A stretch of 64,000 bases of DNA from the NCBI GenBank assembly GCA_964016885.1, contig OZ024741.1:94364001-94428000 (forward strand). The letters are read 5' to 3'. The stretch is from Eledone cirrhosa (lineage: Eukaryota). A program made the position numbers and the translations under genes. Below, in pieces: positions 26,003 to 39,230 of this stretch; positions within the stretch are counted from its first letter, which is position 1, and each line of letters starts with the position of its first letter. The notes beneath the pieces are model-generated. The model was not told the DNA's origin and searched no databases. It was given only the letters and a program-made list of their open reading frames with translations.

Positions 26003-26280
26003 ATGCGCGAGGACATAGAAATAGTCGGGCTGGACACCCGATCGCGCGGTTAAACAACTGGGAGTGAAGTATCCCTAGCCTTTGTCTAGAAGGCAGCTCA
26101 GGTAACTGGGATAACTCCGATATAAAACCTGCGGCTCAGTAGTTACCGATGATGTTGATTTTTTCTTCTTTTCGGGTTATAGCTACTGTCGCTCAGAGAG
26201 TGGGATTGGCTCAGTGCACAGTCTTTCCTCACTTTAAAAAATATCTTCACGCACAGGCATTGCACGATGGAATTAATTAA
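26003..26280 (+). repeat. Interspersed repeat (same family as 1-190)
   Basis: Homologous to the start of the window. Confidence 0.65.
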
Positions 26281-26379
26281 TAATTATTAATAATGGTATA
26301 TCGTGCAATGGCCATACTCGATAACGGAGGGGCAGCCATCATGTGTGTATGAACCTCAATAAAAAGATAGAGAGCTAAA

Positions 26380-26560
26380 GTTGTGAGGTGTGTGGTCGTC
26401 TACTGTTCTATAAATATGGGTATATCACCTACTTAAAACCACATAAAAAGCCAACTATATGCAGCTCTGTCCCTCAAATACTAGGTGAGGCAACATGCGT
26501 GGTGTGCAAACAAATCTGCCAATCAATTTCTGGTCTTAATAGGCATATGAGGGTACATAA
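26380..26560 (+). pseudogene. Degenerate C2H2 zinc-finger-coding fragment, possibly an RTE C-terminus
   Basis: CEVCGR... and CVVCKQICQSISGLNRHMRVH. Confidence 0.4.
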
Positions 26561-26613
26561 GGATGACATCCGCAAAACAGGCCTAATAAATCCAATAGAA
26601 GGCGCATATTTAT

Positions 26614-28414
26614 ATCATCATCATCATCATCATCATCACCGTTTTACGTCCGTTCTTCCATGTTAGCATGGGTTAGATGGGTTGTCCTGTTGTGAGCATA
26701 CAGGAACTGAATTTGGCTTGATTTCTACAGCTGGATGCCCTTCCAAACACCAACCTCATTTACAGTGAGTGCTGGGTGCTTTTTTCCGTGGCGCCTACAC
26801 GTCCACTTTACAGTGTGGGCTGGGTGCTTTTTTGCCGTGGAACCTCGACGACCATTTTGCAGTGGGAGGGTGTGGGGCATATTGTCTATATGCTTCAGGT
26901 CGGGTACTCTGTATTACTTCGTGACGCCAGAGGTCACGGTCGTGTGCCATCGCCTTTGAGAGGTGTAATTGGGTAAGGTCGGCTTTTATCACCTCATCCC
27001 AGGTCTTCTTGGGTCTCCCCACTCCGCGGTTTCCAATGACGTCTAGTGCTCTGCATCTTTTTATGCAGCTGTCATCCTTCATACGCATCACATGTCCATA
27101 CCAACGCAACCGCCTCTCCTGCACACAGCATTTGATTCCTCTTATGCTCAGTCTCTCTCTCTCAATTCATTTATGCTTTGCCGTTCGCGTATATTACTAT
27201 TACACATCCATCGGAGCATGCAGGCTTCGTTTCTTTCTAATCTACGTAAGTCTGACACCTTCAGCGCTCAGGTCTCACTACCATGTAACATTGCTGTTCG
27301 TATACGCGCATCATACAGTCTGCCTTTCATTTTGAGGGAAAAGCCTTTTTCAGCTAGCAGTGGCAGTAGTTCCCTGAACTTCTTCCATCCCGTTCTTACC
27401 CTAGTTATTGTACTTTCTGAACACCCACCTGCGCTGCTAATTCGGTCACCTAGGTAGCAGTAGCTGTCTACTGTTTCTACAGAGCCCTGCCAGAGATTGG
27501 TGGTACTTGTTTCCTGTGGCTGTTTGCTGCTTGCTGTCCCAGCACAGCTGCTACATGTGAAGCCTACATTCTTAATTAAGCTTCCTGAGATCCCGCTACA
27601 TCTCTTGTGTAACCATTGTTTGCATTTGGAGCAGAGAATGGAGTTCCTACCTACACCTTTCCTACATACTGAGCAAGGCCATTTCCCTGAGGAGATCTGG
27701 GTTCTGTTTTCTAGTCTACTTACAAGGAGCTAAGTCTTTGTCAGGTTGACTTTGAGACCCTTTCTTTCTAGTCCCTGCTTCTAAGTTTGGAATTTCTTCT
27801 CTAGTTCTACCATAGATTCAGCTATAAGTGCGAGGTCATCTGCATACAGGAGTTCCCATGGGCATCCGGTCTTAAACTCCTCCGTTATTGCCTGCAGGAC
27901 TATGATGAACAGGAGAGGGCTAAGAACAGAGCTCTGGTGGACATCAACCTGTACGCTAAATTCCTCGCTATACTCATTGCTAATCCTAACTTTTCTGACT
28001 GCTCCCCTATACATGGCTTGTACAGCTTTCACAAGCCATTCATCTACTCCTAGTTTTCTAAGAGCCCACCGGATTATAGCACGTGGAACTCTGTCAAAGG
28101 CTTTCTCGAGATCGACGAATGCCAGGTAGAGTGGCTTACTTTTAGCTAGGTACTTTTCCTGTAACTGCCTCACAAGGAAGAGGGCATCAGTGGTGCCTCT
28201 TCCTGGTACAAACCCAAATTGCATCTCATCTAGTTTCACCCGGTCCCTAATCAACTGTGCTATAACTCTTTCTGTTACTTTCATGACCTGGTCCATCAGC
28301 TTTATACCTCTATAGTTTCCTCTATCTAGTGCATCACCTTTACCTTTGTAGCAGTTGACAATGATGCTACTGCACCAATCTTTTGGTATGACACCTTCTA
28401 GTATTACCTGGTTA
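26614..28414 (-). mobile_element. RTE-clade LINE, 5'-truncated, with (TGA)n tail
   Basis: QFGFVPGRGTTDA, FVDLEKAFDRV, LLYADDL and RRLRWYGHV...GRPKKTW; tail at 26614-26638. Confidence 0.9.
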
Positions 28415-28482
28415 ATATATATGTATATATATATATATATATATATAAGTAGAACACTGGTGGGTTATATTCATAGTAGTAG

Positions 28483-28628
28483 AAGTAGTTCCACAGCAGT
28501 TAATTCGCCATTTCCGAGAACCATTGTTTCACCTTAGTCGGATCATCAGCTCGGTTTAAATGAGATGATCCGACTAAGGTGAAACAATTGTTCTCGGAAA
28601 TGGTGAATTAACTGTTGTGGAACTACTT
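28483..28628. mobile_element. Fold-back element with an HHR (complete on minus 28514-28554, core-truncated on plus)
   Basis: CCGAG-CTGATGA-TCC-GACTAA-GGT-GAAA-CAAT(G/T)G-TT-CTCGG. The arms are about 65 bp, followed by (TA)n. Confidence 0.8.
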
Positions 28629-28728
28629 ATATATATATATAGTAATAATAATAAAATTTGAAGACTAAAATCCAAAGAGGGCTCGATAAGGATAAATATA
28701 AATCAAATATATAAGAACCGTAGAGCAA

Positions 28729-28875
28729 ATATTTATTAAAATAACAGATTAAAGTTTAAGCAAAGAATCGCTGCTTTCACCCATAACGGGATCTTCTGAA
28801 ACTTTCAGAAGATCCCGTTAAGGGTGAAAGCAGCGATTCTTTGCTTAAACATTAATCTGTTATTTTAATAAATAT
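28729..28875. mobile_element. Fold-back element of the CAGAAGA HHR-like family (other copies 19075-19166/19408-19455 and 30722-30830)
   Basis: Arms of about 72 bp meet at TCTGAA-AC-TTTCAGA. Motif CAGAAGA-TCCC-GTTAA-GGGT-GAAA. Confidence 0.75.
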
Positions 28876-28992
28876 ATATATATATGTATATATATATATA
28901 GTTCAAAATGACAAAGAAACAAACAAACGCAGGAGTAAATGGTACATGGTGTTATTAGCTTCACGCCTGGTGAGAGTTGGGGGAGGGTGTTG

Positions 28993-29029
28993 TTTACGAC
29001 GTTTCGGACATAAGTCCTTCATCAGGAAA
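28993..29029 (-). ncRNA. Minimal type I hammerhead
   Basis: TTTC-CTGATGA-AGGAC-TTAT-GTCC-GAAA-CG-TC-GTAA, with a GUC triplet. Confidence 0.75.
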
Positions 29030-29168
29030 GTGGGGCGGGAACTCTGAAAGTGAGTGAGGGGGAAATAGCGGGAAAAACATGAAAGGACGGGAAAATAGAA
29101 ATAAAAATAAATATAAAACATGAAGTGAAAATAAATAGAAACAGAATTAAACGGAATATATAAAGAAA

Positions 29169-29206
<38 letters not shown>

Positions 29207-30404
29207 TGACCGACGTTTGTCTGTGTGTGTGAGAGAGAGAGAGAGACTATCATTGAGTTTGATGTGGTAGTATGTAGTACCATGCTTTTGCTAAATGTTT
29301 CAGATGGTGATGGTGTCGTGAAGAGACAGACTTATACAACCTCTCGATCCTCCCTTATTTCATCCTACGAAATATCCACAATGTGAGAGTTAATGAAAAA
29401 GAGTACTTCACCAACGTTGAGGCTGTAGACTTATATAACCTTACAGGATGAAAGGCAAAATGGACCTCATCGAGATTTGATAACTAGAACATATCACGCA
29501 AGGCTATTTGAATCTATGCACTCACACACATACACACACACGCACACACACACACACACATACATACATATATATATATATACAATAATAATGATACAAG
29601 GACGATTTGTTATATCTTCATTACGTTTATTGATTGGTGACGCGCGTTTCGCTATTGATCAGCTCAAGGTTCGATCTGTATCTATCTGGCGCGACTCTGG
29701 AATCAAAAGTTCGTTATAATTAAAACATTCAAACATTGAATGACTTCTCAATACTCAATAGCCAGGTGTGGTGATAAGACTCAAACTTCTAACTCATTGC
29801 CACTTTTGTTCATAAATAATAAATATATATGTTCCAGTTTTCATTTTTTTTTTTTTTTTTAGCGTTATCTCTTTCATACCGACTTATGTTTGTTTGAAAG
29901 AATAACTTTCTCATATGCATCCTCAAAGTTTATAAACATTCCTAGTCACACTTTCAGATTGCGAAATGTTTTGGGTTTCTGTCGCGCATTTTCACAAATA
30001 GACAATTGCGATATATGCACACTTTACCATTAGGTTTGGACGCCATCAATTCATAATTTGGTTATGACGTATTTTGCCTGCGTATTTATTCTAGCATTAT
30101 GTCGGGAAGTGTGTAACGCTTCAATAATTAATCCTCTATTTTTGTGGGGAATTCCATATAATATGAAATAGTGCGCTAATATTTTCCTATCTAGCTTTGT
30201 TTTGAAGTGTGTGGGTTAATGTTCTACAATTTCTGTTTGATATAAATACATAGACTACGAGTGAGTATTGTACTTGAATATCCAATGTAACAGTTGGAGT
30301 CAAGAAATGTATAACATTGGCCATTGAAACTTTTTCTCGAGTATACATGCTTGTGGTTTGTTGTTGATGAAGGATATTTTTCTTTTAGCGTCTTTGAAGA
30401 ATAA

Positions 30405-30560
30405 TCTATAATATAAAGCTGACGGCCGTATGTATGTAACAAACATTTCGCCAAACGGCTGGACCAAACAGCACCAAATTTGCACCATAGATGTAACTTT
30501 TTCCAAGTAAAAAAGTGAGGCTATTTTTGTCTAGTGAATTTTGTTAAAAGATTAAAGACA
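30405..30560 (+). mobile_element. Helitron-like 5' end
   Basis: A|TCTATAATATAAAG...GTATGTATGT...AAACGGCTGGACCAA resembles non-autonomous Helitron 5' termini. Confidence 0.5.
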
Positions 30561-30851
30561 TCATTTAAATATTCACTTCTTTAAAATTTCAAATGTCAAC
30601 ACTTCCGGTTATACGCCATTCCTCACTTTTTCTTAGTCTGTCTTTTTAGATAGATATATAGCTATAACGTCGCGCCCTTATAATATGTCTCTGTATGTCT
30701 GGTTGTCTGCATTAGATAACGTTTTTCGAAATATTTACTTTTGCGTTCACAGATTGATTTTTTTAGTTTCAGAAGATCCCGTTAAGGGTGAAAGCAGCGA
30801 TTCTTTGCTTAAACGTTAATCTGTTATTTTATCGTCATTGTTACTGCCGAT

Positions 30852-31109
30852 ATGCCACCTAAAAAGTCCCAGCCTGGCCGCAAGATCAGATTTTCCAGAA
30901 GAAAAAATGTTACTAGAGCAAGAGAGTCTGAAGATGATCATGAACGTCGCCTTCAGCAGATGAGGACTCAAGCGAGAGCCATTCGATCAGCCCAGTCTCA
31001 AGAGCATCGACAGTCTCGCCTTCAGCAACTGAGGTCGCGAGCAGAAGGCAGGAGAGCAACACAGACAGAACAAGCCAGATTGGAGCAGGTGAGTTCACAC
31101 CCTCGATGA
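30852..31109 (+). pseudogene. Helitron Rep-Hel N-terminal fragment (STPR-like helical repeats)
   Basis: MPPKK...RARESEDDHERRLQQMR..ARAIRSAQSQEHRQSRLQQLR..RRATQTEQARLEQ, with a periodicity of about 23 aa. Confidence 0.55.
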
Positions 31110-31674
31110 CTTGAGAGGGCGTGTGGTATCTTTGCACTGGAGTGGAGGGAGGATTCCGGGCGGCAACCGGACGGGCCAAATAGTAATATTATACGTGTTA
31201 GATTGTGGGTTTTTTTATATGATTTTTGCCACGTTTTATGATATGTTTTACTGTGTTTGTCATTTCGCATGTGTGCATGCGATCCATACAGTACATTATT
31301 TATGTGATTTGTGTATTTTACATTGTATGTTACATTGTATTTATACTTACTTTCATTTATGGCTTTGTCAGTTCGAATATCCCTTCTTAATCATTGTATT
31401 AATCTATAAAAACAAAGTATGGCTTTAAGATATGTCTAATTATTACGAGCCCGTAAAACCTGCAGCATATCTAAATAAGCTATAAATAAACATAGATTAT
31501 TTACAAAACCTATTCTATAGAAAGATGTTATCTCTGTTGCCTCACCATCTCGTAGTAAGCAAGCGGTTAATGAAGATGGAATTATTAAATTATCCATGTT
31601 TATTACACTATGCTAGTGTATATTTGTATGTATATATATATATATATGACGGCGATGAATTTGTTTTGCGAGGT

Positions 31675-31754
<80 letters not shown>

Positions 31755-31923
31755 CACAAGCATAGGGGAAGAAAAGAGCTCAATACCAAAGTCGTGAATA
31801 TTATCACTCTCTGATGCTTATCTGTGTTTCACGTAACCTGAGTGGACCCAAAAATATCAGTGTAACAAGATAAAGCAGTGCGTGTTTATGTGGTGCTGTG
31901 TAAGAGTTTTTATGTGTGTGTGT

Positions 31924-31955
<32 letters not shown>

Positions 31956-32316
31956 AGTGTCAAGAGTTTCCGTAGAATAAATAAAGGAAAAAGAGCGCTC
32001 TGTGTTAAGTACAGAACCAAAATATATTATTATAAATAATAAAGCACCAGTAATACACTGGGATAATTGCTGGCCTTGTGCCAAAAGTAGAAACAATTAT
32101 TATAAATAATTTCTCGACGTAGTTGCTTGCTACATAAGGTTTCAAAGGTTACTCTAGCATAGACCTTAGAAACACTATATACATGGTGGTATTGCATATC
32201 TTTCAGTTTTGTCTGAAAGATAAGCAATACTAGCATGTATATAATGTCTCTATGACTTTTGCTAGAGTAGGCTGTGAAACCTAAGGTAGCTAGCACTCTG
32301 TTGAGAAATTATTTAT

Positions 32317-32352
<36 letters not shown>

Positions 32353-32369
32353 TGCTGCCCCTGTCATCA

Positions 32370-33690
32370 CCACGTTGAACTTTATTGTAATCCTTTCAGC
32401 CTCTTCTTCCAGTGTGAGCAGAGGTGCAAATGTTTTACCAACAGTTGCTTGGAAGGACTCAGTGTTCTTACGCTTCTTAATCTTCTTCGGCCTGACTCTG
32501 AAGTTTAGAAGCACCAAGTCAATGTCTCTTCCTGGAAATGTTTATGTTTTGGCCCTGCTGATTGCAAACCAAAACCAGTTCTGCACCACAATGCAGTCGA
32601 TCTGATGGTGTGTTGCATTGAGGCGGTGTCAGGACCAGCGCCGAGATGTCTTGTGATCATCAAGGGATCTAGCAGTCACCACGTCATTACAACTGAGAAT
32701 TCAAGCAGGCTTAGTTCTGGTTCATTGGTTATAGAATTATAGGAGTTTCCACTGAATTCCCGCCAGTCTTTTACTGCATCCTCGCCCACCTTGGTATTCC
32801 AGTCTCCCTGGATGACAAAAATATCTTTCTTATCTGCCTTATCGATGGTATCATGGAGTTTTGTATAGAACTACTCCATCTGATCATTCTCGTAGTCTGC
32901 GAAGGCCTCAAGTGTGATACATGTCCAAGACACAATGGGGGAGTGGGTACACATATCAGTAAATGTTCAACAGGGCAGTCACCTCTCCCCGACATTTTCA
33001 ACATATTCCTTGGGCGAATTATGATCGACACCCTTGAAGACAAATTCCAGCACAGTCAGTATAGGAAGACGAATTTTCACAAATATTAGGCTGAAGAGGA
33101 ACTCGCCGAACAGGTGAACTACTTGGGCGTAACATCAGCCAGATACAGCATGAAGATCAGCACCTAGAAAACCAAGTTGATGACGAGCACCACAAAGCCA
33201 ATAGAAAGAAGTATCACAATCAGAGTTCAAGAACTGGGAACTGTGACATGCACCTTGGCATCATCAGACATGAGGAATCAAAGCCAAAAGTCCTTGCAAG
33301 AAGTGCTGTAACAGTCACAGCACCCTAGAGAGACAAAACCACCACTCTCAGGTGCAAAATAAAACTCATGCGTACGTTGGTCCTATCCATCGTTCTATAC
33401 TCATGCGACTCATGAACTTTCACCGCTAAACTCTAAAGGAAAATTTGCAAAGTGGACGTCAAATGTTCTAGAAGAATCCGAGAAATCTCTCATGTATGAC
33501 ACGTCACGAACGAGGGGGTCAGCAGGTGAGTCACTTTGAAGTTCTGCTGACCACAGTGAAGAGGAGAAAGTTGAGGTGGAAGACAAGAAGGTGGGGCAGT
33601 GGTTGATTATCAACATAGCTGGGTGGACGTGGAAGAACTTTGCCACAACCCCAAAACTCCCCCATGACCGTCAGAGATGGAGGCCGTTTG
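32370..33690. mobile_element. Degraded RTE LINE pieces (APE end on minus at about 32370-32760; RT to 3' end on plus at about 32880-33690)
   Basis: Minus strand reads HHQIDCIVV...RAKT.TFPG.DI. Plus strand reads QG..LSP..FNIFLGRIMIDTLED and LVLSIVLYSCDS. Confidence 0.6.
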
Positions 33691-33718
33691 TAATGTGTGT
33701 GAGTGTGTGTGTTTGCGT

Positions 33719-33787
<69 letters not shown>

Positions 33788-34106
33788 CGTGCGTGTCTGC
33801 GTGTGTGTATGTACAAAATATTACAGATCTACATACATATATATATATACATATATATTGTCCCACCCTGGTTATTTCCATGCACCCCACATTTCCGATC
33901 ACCTGGCTTCACCATCCACCCTCGGTCTGCAATCCGGTTTTCCGATGGACAAGCTTCCTCCAACCTAATTCCTTTCGTACATGAAAGTCAAGTTTAACAG
34001 TGTTAAGTAAATAAGACGTATCTAGTATTTCTTTTTCCACCCCTCTAGAGGGTACATATGTGTCTATGTATGTACATATATACGTATGTGTGTGTATGTG
34101 CTTATA

Positions 34107-34161
<55 letters not shown>

Positions 34162-34183
34162 ACATAGATATGATTATATATAG

Positions 34184-34247
<64 letters not shown>

Positions 34248-34828
34248 ATGTATTTATATATTTGTGTGTATGTTTGTAAGTACATAGATATGTGTTTGCG
34301 GGTGTGTACTATATGTTTACAATATGGATCATAATTTGTAACACCTACAGTTATAATTCAAACACCTCTTACTATCAGGACTCTTAATATTGGTAAGCAT
34401 ACACATTCCCAAATGAACCCATATCTGGTTACATACGTGAATTCTTCACTAACAACTACAATACTACCGTGTTTACACCACTGCCACTAAAGTCAATTAG
34501 GTCACCTAGACTAGAACACCCCTATTTTCTAGGCATATACAGTTATTATAGTTGGTTGTTAACAAACACCCTAACAGACTGGCTTGTTTCAAGAACAACT
34601 GACCTAAGAAATTCAATAGACTTGGTACAGGAGTGTTAAGATTGTATCTGACCAATGAGAGGAAGGTATACTCGACTGATGCTTGATTTCGTTCATTTTA
34701 AATCATATACCACCAGTTCTTTGAGAAAACAACACCACTTTTCGGGACAGGGCATATCAAAAGACCGAAATAACGGAGGTAAACTATGTTTCACCATTAT
34801 GTTTTTTTTTTTTCTGTTCAAGTTCTAG

Positions 34829-34885
34829 CTGTCTGATGAAGTCATAGCTGTTGAATAATGCTTATCACCGAAATATACATTACAG
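34829..34885 (+). ncRNA. Degenerate type I hammerhead
   Basis: CTGT-CTGATGA-...-CC-GAAA-TATACA-TT-ACAG. Stem II is imperfect. Confidence 0.5.
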
Positions 34886-35459
34886 TGAATATGAATAAAT
34901 GAAGTTAAATTTAACCTGTTGACTTACACTTCTTGTTTATATATACATATATATGTGTGTGTGCGAATAAGATATGAAAATGTTATCAAACATTTTGACT
35001 CCCACGTACACTGAGCGAGAGTGAGAGAGAGAAGAACATGGAAAGAGAATGAGAAAGAAAGAGTGATAAAACTGAGGATGAGATAGACTGGAAGAATAAA
35101 GTGAAAGATGGAGTGTAATAGAATACAAGAGATAAAATCTGGGAGAAAGGGAGACACACGCCAAGCTAAATAAAAAGAAGAAAACAGAGAAAGAGAAGTA
35201 AAGTAGATAGAAGTAGAATGCACTTTATTTAAAATTTGAACAGAGATGTGTTGTTCGTAAAAATCGATTATCCATTTTTTAATATACTAATATACACATA
35301 TCCGTGCATATGACTGAAAAAAAACTAAATAAGACATTTATTCACGAAAACAGTTCGTTGCAAAATCCTTATTTAGTAAACTTCTACAGTAACTCATAGT
35401 CTCTTTTTTATTCGTCAAATTTTGTAATGTGTGCAAAAATATATTGTGACTGTCATGAA

Positions 35460-35490
35460 ATACCCGGGCATCACCGGGTAGCTCTGCTAG
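35460..35490 (+). mobile_element. Helitron 3' terminus
   Basis: Hairpin TACCCGG-GCATCA-CCGGGTA, then CTAG|T a few bases downstream. Confidence 0.7.
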
Positions 35491-36480
35491 TCCTATATAA
35501 AGAGTATTCAGAGCCCTAACTGAAATAACCATTTCAGTTTAAAACAAAGATATTTGATAGAATAACATCAATATTTTCTCTTCGGACAAAGACGTTCCCA
35601 AAATCAGAACAAATACTTCTACTCCGCCCCCCCCCCTCTCTCTCTCTCACAGACACATGCACACACACACACACACACACACTTTCTCTTATATGTACGT
35701 ATACAAAACTGCACATTCCTTAATACATGTATGTGCTTATACCCCCTTAGCCTAATTACGTATATACACACTTATATATATGTATGTATTTGTGAATACA
35801 TGTGTAGATGTGTGTGTGAGAGAGAGTATATGTAATTAGACTGTGTTAAATCTTTATAGCGTTTATTACAATTCACGTGGTTCAATGTTATTATCTCGGT
35901 GACAGAGTGGTACATTAGACAGAGCAACACTCATTATATTAGTAATACTTATCGAGCACGGAAGAGTGGAAGTTGAACGCAGCATTGACACTCGTGAGAA
36001 TATGCGAGGACCAAATACGATATCCTAGTGTCCTTCCGTTGCTCTTAGTACTTTACTCTGTATGTCATCGTTATCACAATTATAGCAATAACAATAATTT
36101 AGTGTTATAATTCTATTCACATCTAGAATACTTTATAGAAGGATTCGACTGTAAGGAGCCTTAACTAAATACTGCAGACATTCGGTTCGACATTCTAGTG
36201 ACTCTGCCAATCCTCAAATATTAAGAATGGTTTCTAATTTTAGCACAAGGCCAGGGGGGGGGGGGGGGCTAGTCGCTTGCATCGACGACATCACTTCATT
36301 AATACTTTATTTTATCAACCGCAATATATGGGAAAGGGGAACATTGCACCAAATCTTCTTTGTTGGGAGCTGCGAACATTATGCACAAAGTGCTTTCAAT
36401 CTGATATCATTTGATTTGATTGGGAGATTAAATATCATTACCAGTCTAAGAAGTGAGAAAACTTGGAATATAATAGTAAT

Positions 36481-36640
36481 AATTGCTTCTGATATCGGCA
36501 CAAGGCCAGCAATTTCAGGGGAAGGAGAAATTCGATTAAATAAACACTAGTGCGTTACTGGTACTCTATTTTACCGATGAAAGGCGAAGCTCTGTGAGAT
36601 TTGAACTCAGGACATAAAGGGATGCAACTAAATGCCGTAG
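36481..36640 (-). mobile_element. tRNA-derived SINE, degraded
   Basis: GGCACAAGGCCAGCAATT...GATGAAAGGCGAAG...TTTGAACTCAG. Confidence 0.6.
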
Positions 36641-37347
36641 AGCTTGCAAATTGATAACCTCTTGTCTCAACCACATGTTTTCTGTGACCTTCATGTAAAG
36701 CACTGGAATGTTATTCCACAAATGTGAAGATAAGCCAGAGGTTGATATCATTACATTTGCTTTACACTGTCATCTTTCGCTGATTTGCGTATTGAGACAT
36801 GAATAGTTGAGCGGGTGTTTCACGAATTATCCCTACCTGACGTTCTGTATTGGCCTTGGTCTTCAAAAACATGACCACAGTAACGTAGATTTTATTTCGG
36901 TGATCAGATGAAATACTACTTCACACATCACTCAAGACCTCCCTAAATTGCTCTCTTGAAGGTATATTACAACCTGTTCTACATTTAGGGAGACACTTTT
37001 ACAAGAGCTTTCAATTTTCGCGGTTCTGAATAGATTCTTCGGAGAAGGAAACAAAGAATTTTGGGGCCCAAATGTTTCCATTGCTCTTTCTGGGCTTCTA
37101 TTTTATCCATTTTTAAGAACTCACTCTTGTAAATAATATTGACAAAACCGTTCTCCCCCCCCCCTAACTCTCTCTCTCTCACTCTCTGTGAGAGTGTGTG
37201 CGCGCGCGTGTGTGTAAATCTGATAGAGAAAACAAATGTATGTGTGAGAGGGGTATTATTGCGTTTGTTGTTATTGTCAAGCGACTTATTAAAGTCATCT
37301 TTGGAGTTGTTTGTATTCATTGTTTTTTTTTCTTTTCTGTATGTGTA

Positions 37348-37397
<50 letters not shown>

Positions 37398-38361
37398 AGT
37401 GTGTGCGCGCGTGTGTGTGCGTAAGTGTGTGTGAGTGGTATTTGAACTTTGAAATATATTGGGACTTGATTACACACTTCACTGAATTTGATTCTCGATG
37501 CCAATCACAAAAAAAAACGTAGATTCCTGAGAAAACTTACACACCTGGAAACACTGCAAACTGTAACACATAGACTAGAATGAGATCAAGAGAGCAAGAA
37601 AGATGCCACAAATGTGTACAGACAGGGTTGTGTAGTTTAGCAGTTTGCTTCATAACCACGTGGTTTGTTTGGTTCATTCCTACTAGACGGTATTTTGAGC
37701 AAGTGTCTTCTATTCTATGCCTATGATTGAGCCATACTTCGTGAGTGGAACTTAGGAGACGTTGACAAAACCAGATGAAAGCCCCTTTGTCTTCACGAGA
37801 GTTCGTAATTGAATGTGCATTGGAAGATTCATACATCATAAGTGAAAATAGACTTGAAAGGAAATTGTCCTGTAAACACTAGCCAGTCGTTGGAATACGG
37901 TTTAAGAGTTTAAGTGTTCGTTTTTTAATATCGATCACAGAACACTTTTACCTAGTATAATCATCCCTTTTTAATGCTGTAATGTAAAATTTGTGGGAGA
38001 TTTCTTGCAGGTCGATCGACAATATAGTGACTTCTCCATTTGTTTAAGAGGCTCCTTTGTTGGCTCCGTGTGCCCTATTTCATGCAATATGCCAACAATT
38101 GTTTGTTGATTATGATTAAAATCATTTGCACAAGATGAAACAAAATTGAAACGGAATCGACTCGCGCCCTCGGTACAATTTTAAGGCTCTCACACAAAGT
38201 ACTACCGCAATCTACCACATACACAATTACAACAGAAAATGGATAAGAATAATGGTGTTACAGTGACTAAATGATACCGTAATACATTTTGAAAGAACGC
38301 ATATACATACATGTATATATGTGCGTGTTTGAGTTTGTGTGTGTGTATGTATATATATGCA

Positions 38362-38412
<51 letters not shown>

Positions 38413-38496
38413 ATACATATACATATATATATACATATACATATATATATATACATATACATATATATATACATATACATATATATATACATATAC

Positions 38497-38569
<73 letters not shown>

Positions 38570-38642
38570 AAGTATTTCCGTAGAAAGGGTAAAGAAAGGA
38601 AGAGTGCTCTATGTATACTACAGAGCTATTTAATTATGTAAT

Positions 38643-38839
38643 AAACAGCACAATATAATTATTCCATTTACCAAAGGTTTCACGAAGACAGGCGATCTCA
38701 ATAGAGACATCTGAAATTGTTCATCAGAAAGGAAAATTTAATATGGATATCAATGATCCATATTAAATTTTCTTTTATGATGAACGATTTCAGATGTCTC
38801 TATTTGTTTTGGTAAATGGAATAATTGTATTGTGTTGTT
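38643..38839. mobile_element. Fold-back element with an HHR on minus 38664-38732
   Basis: Centre ATATGGAT-atcaatg-ATCCATAT. HHR reads CCTTT-CTGATGA-AC...GT-GAAA-CC-TTT-GG-TA-AATGG. The right arm has lost the GAAA segment. Confidence 0.75.
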
Positions 38840-38917
38840 GGTGGTGCGAGTACGGAGTTAAATATTATAATAAAATAACAGGAGGCTGGACTTGTGTAAA
38901 TCCTTGAAAGGTTTATT

Positions 38918-38975
38918 ATACTATGATCATTTCAATGACCGGGTTCCGTATGAATCCGGTGATATCATCAGGTAT
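38918..38975 (-). ncRNA. Minimal type I hammerhead, palindromic stem III
   Basis: ATAC-CTGATGA-TATCACCGG...CCGGTCATT-GAAA-TGATCA-TA-GTAT. Confidence 0.75.
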
Positions 38976-39172
38976 TCGAAATATAATAAGTGAATGTAAC
39001 AGATAAAATCCATGGGGCTGAAAATCATAGACCCGAGGACGACCGACCATCTAGCATCTTCCACTTTAGGGCGACCAGCTAAAGAGGAAGATGCTAGATG
39101 GTCTGTCGTCCTCGGGTCTATGATTTTCAGCCCCATGGATTTTATCTGTTACATTCACTTATTATATTTCGA

Positions 39173-39230
39173 ATACCTGATGATATCACCGGATTCATAC
39201 GGAACCCGGTCATTGAAATAATCATAGTAT
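39173..39230 (+). ncRNA. Mirror hammerhead copy
   Basis: Same as 38918-38975, but stem III reads TAATCA. Confidence 0.7.

Noticed and set aside
38927-39221. Two nearly identical 69-aa ORFs on opposite strands
   Set aside because: A trivial result of the palindrome; no coding evidence.
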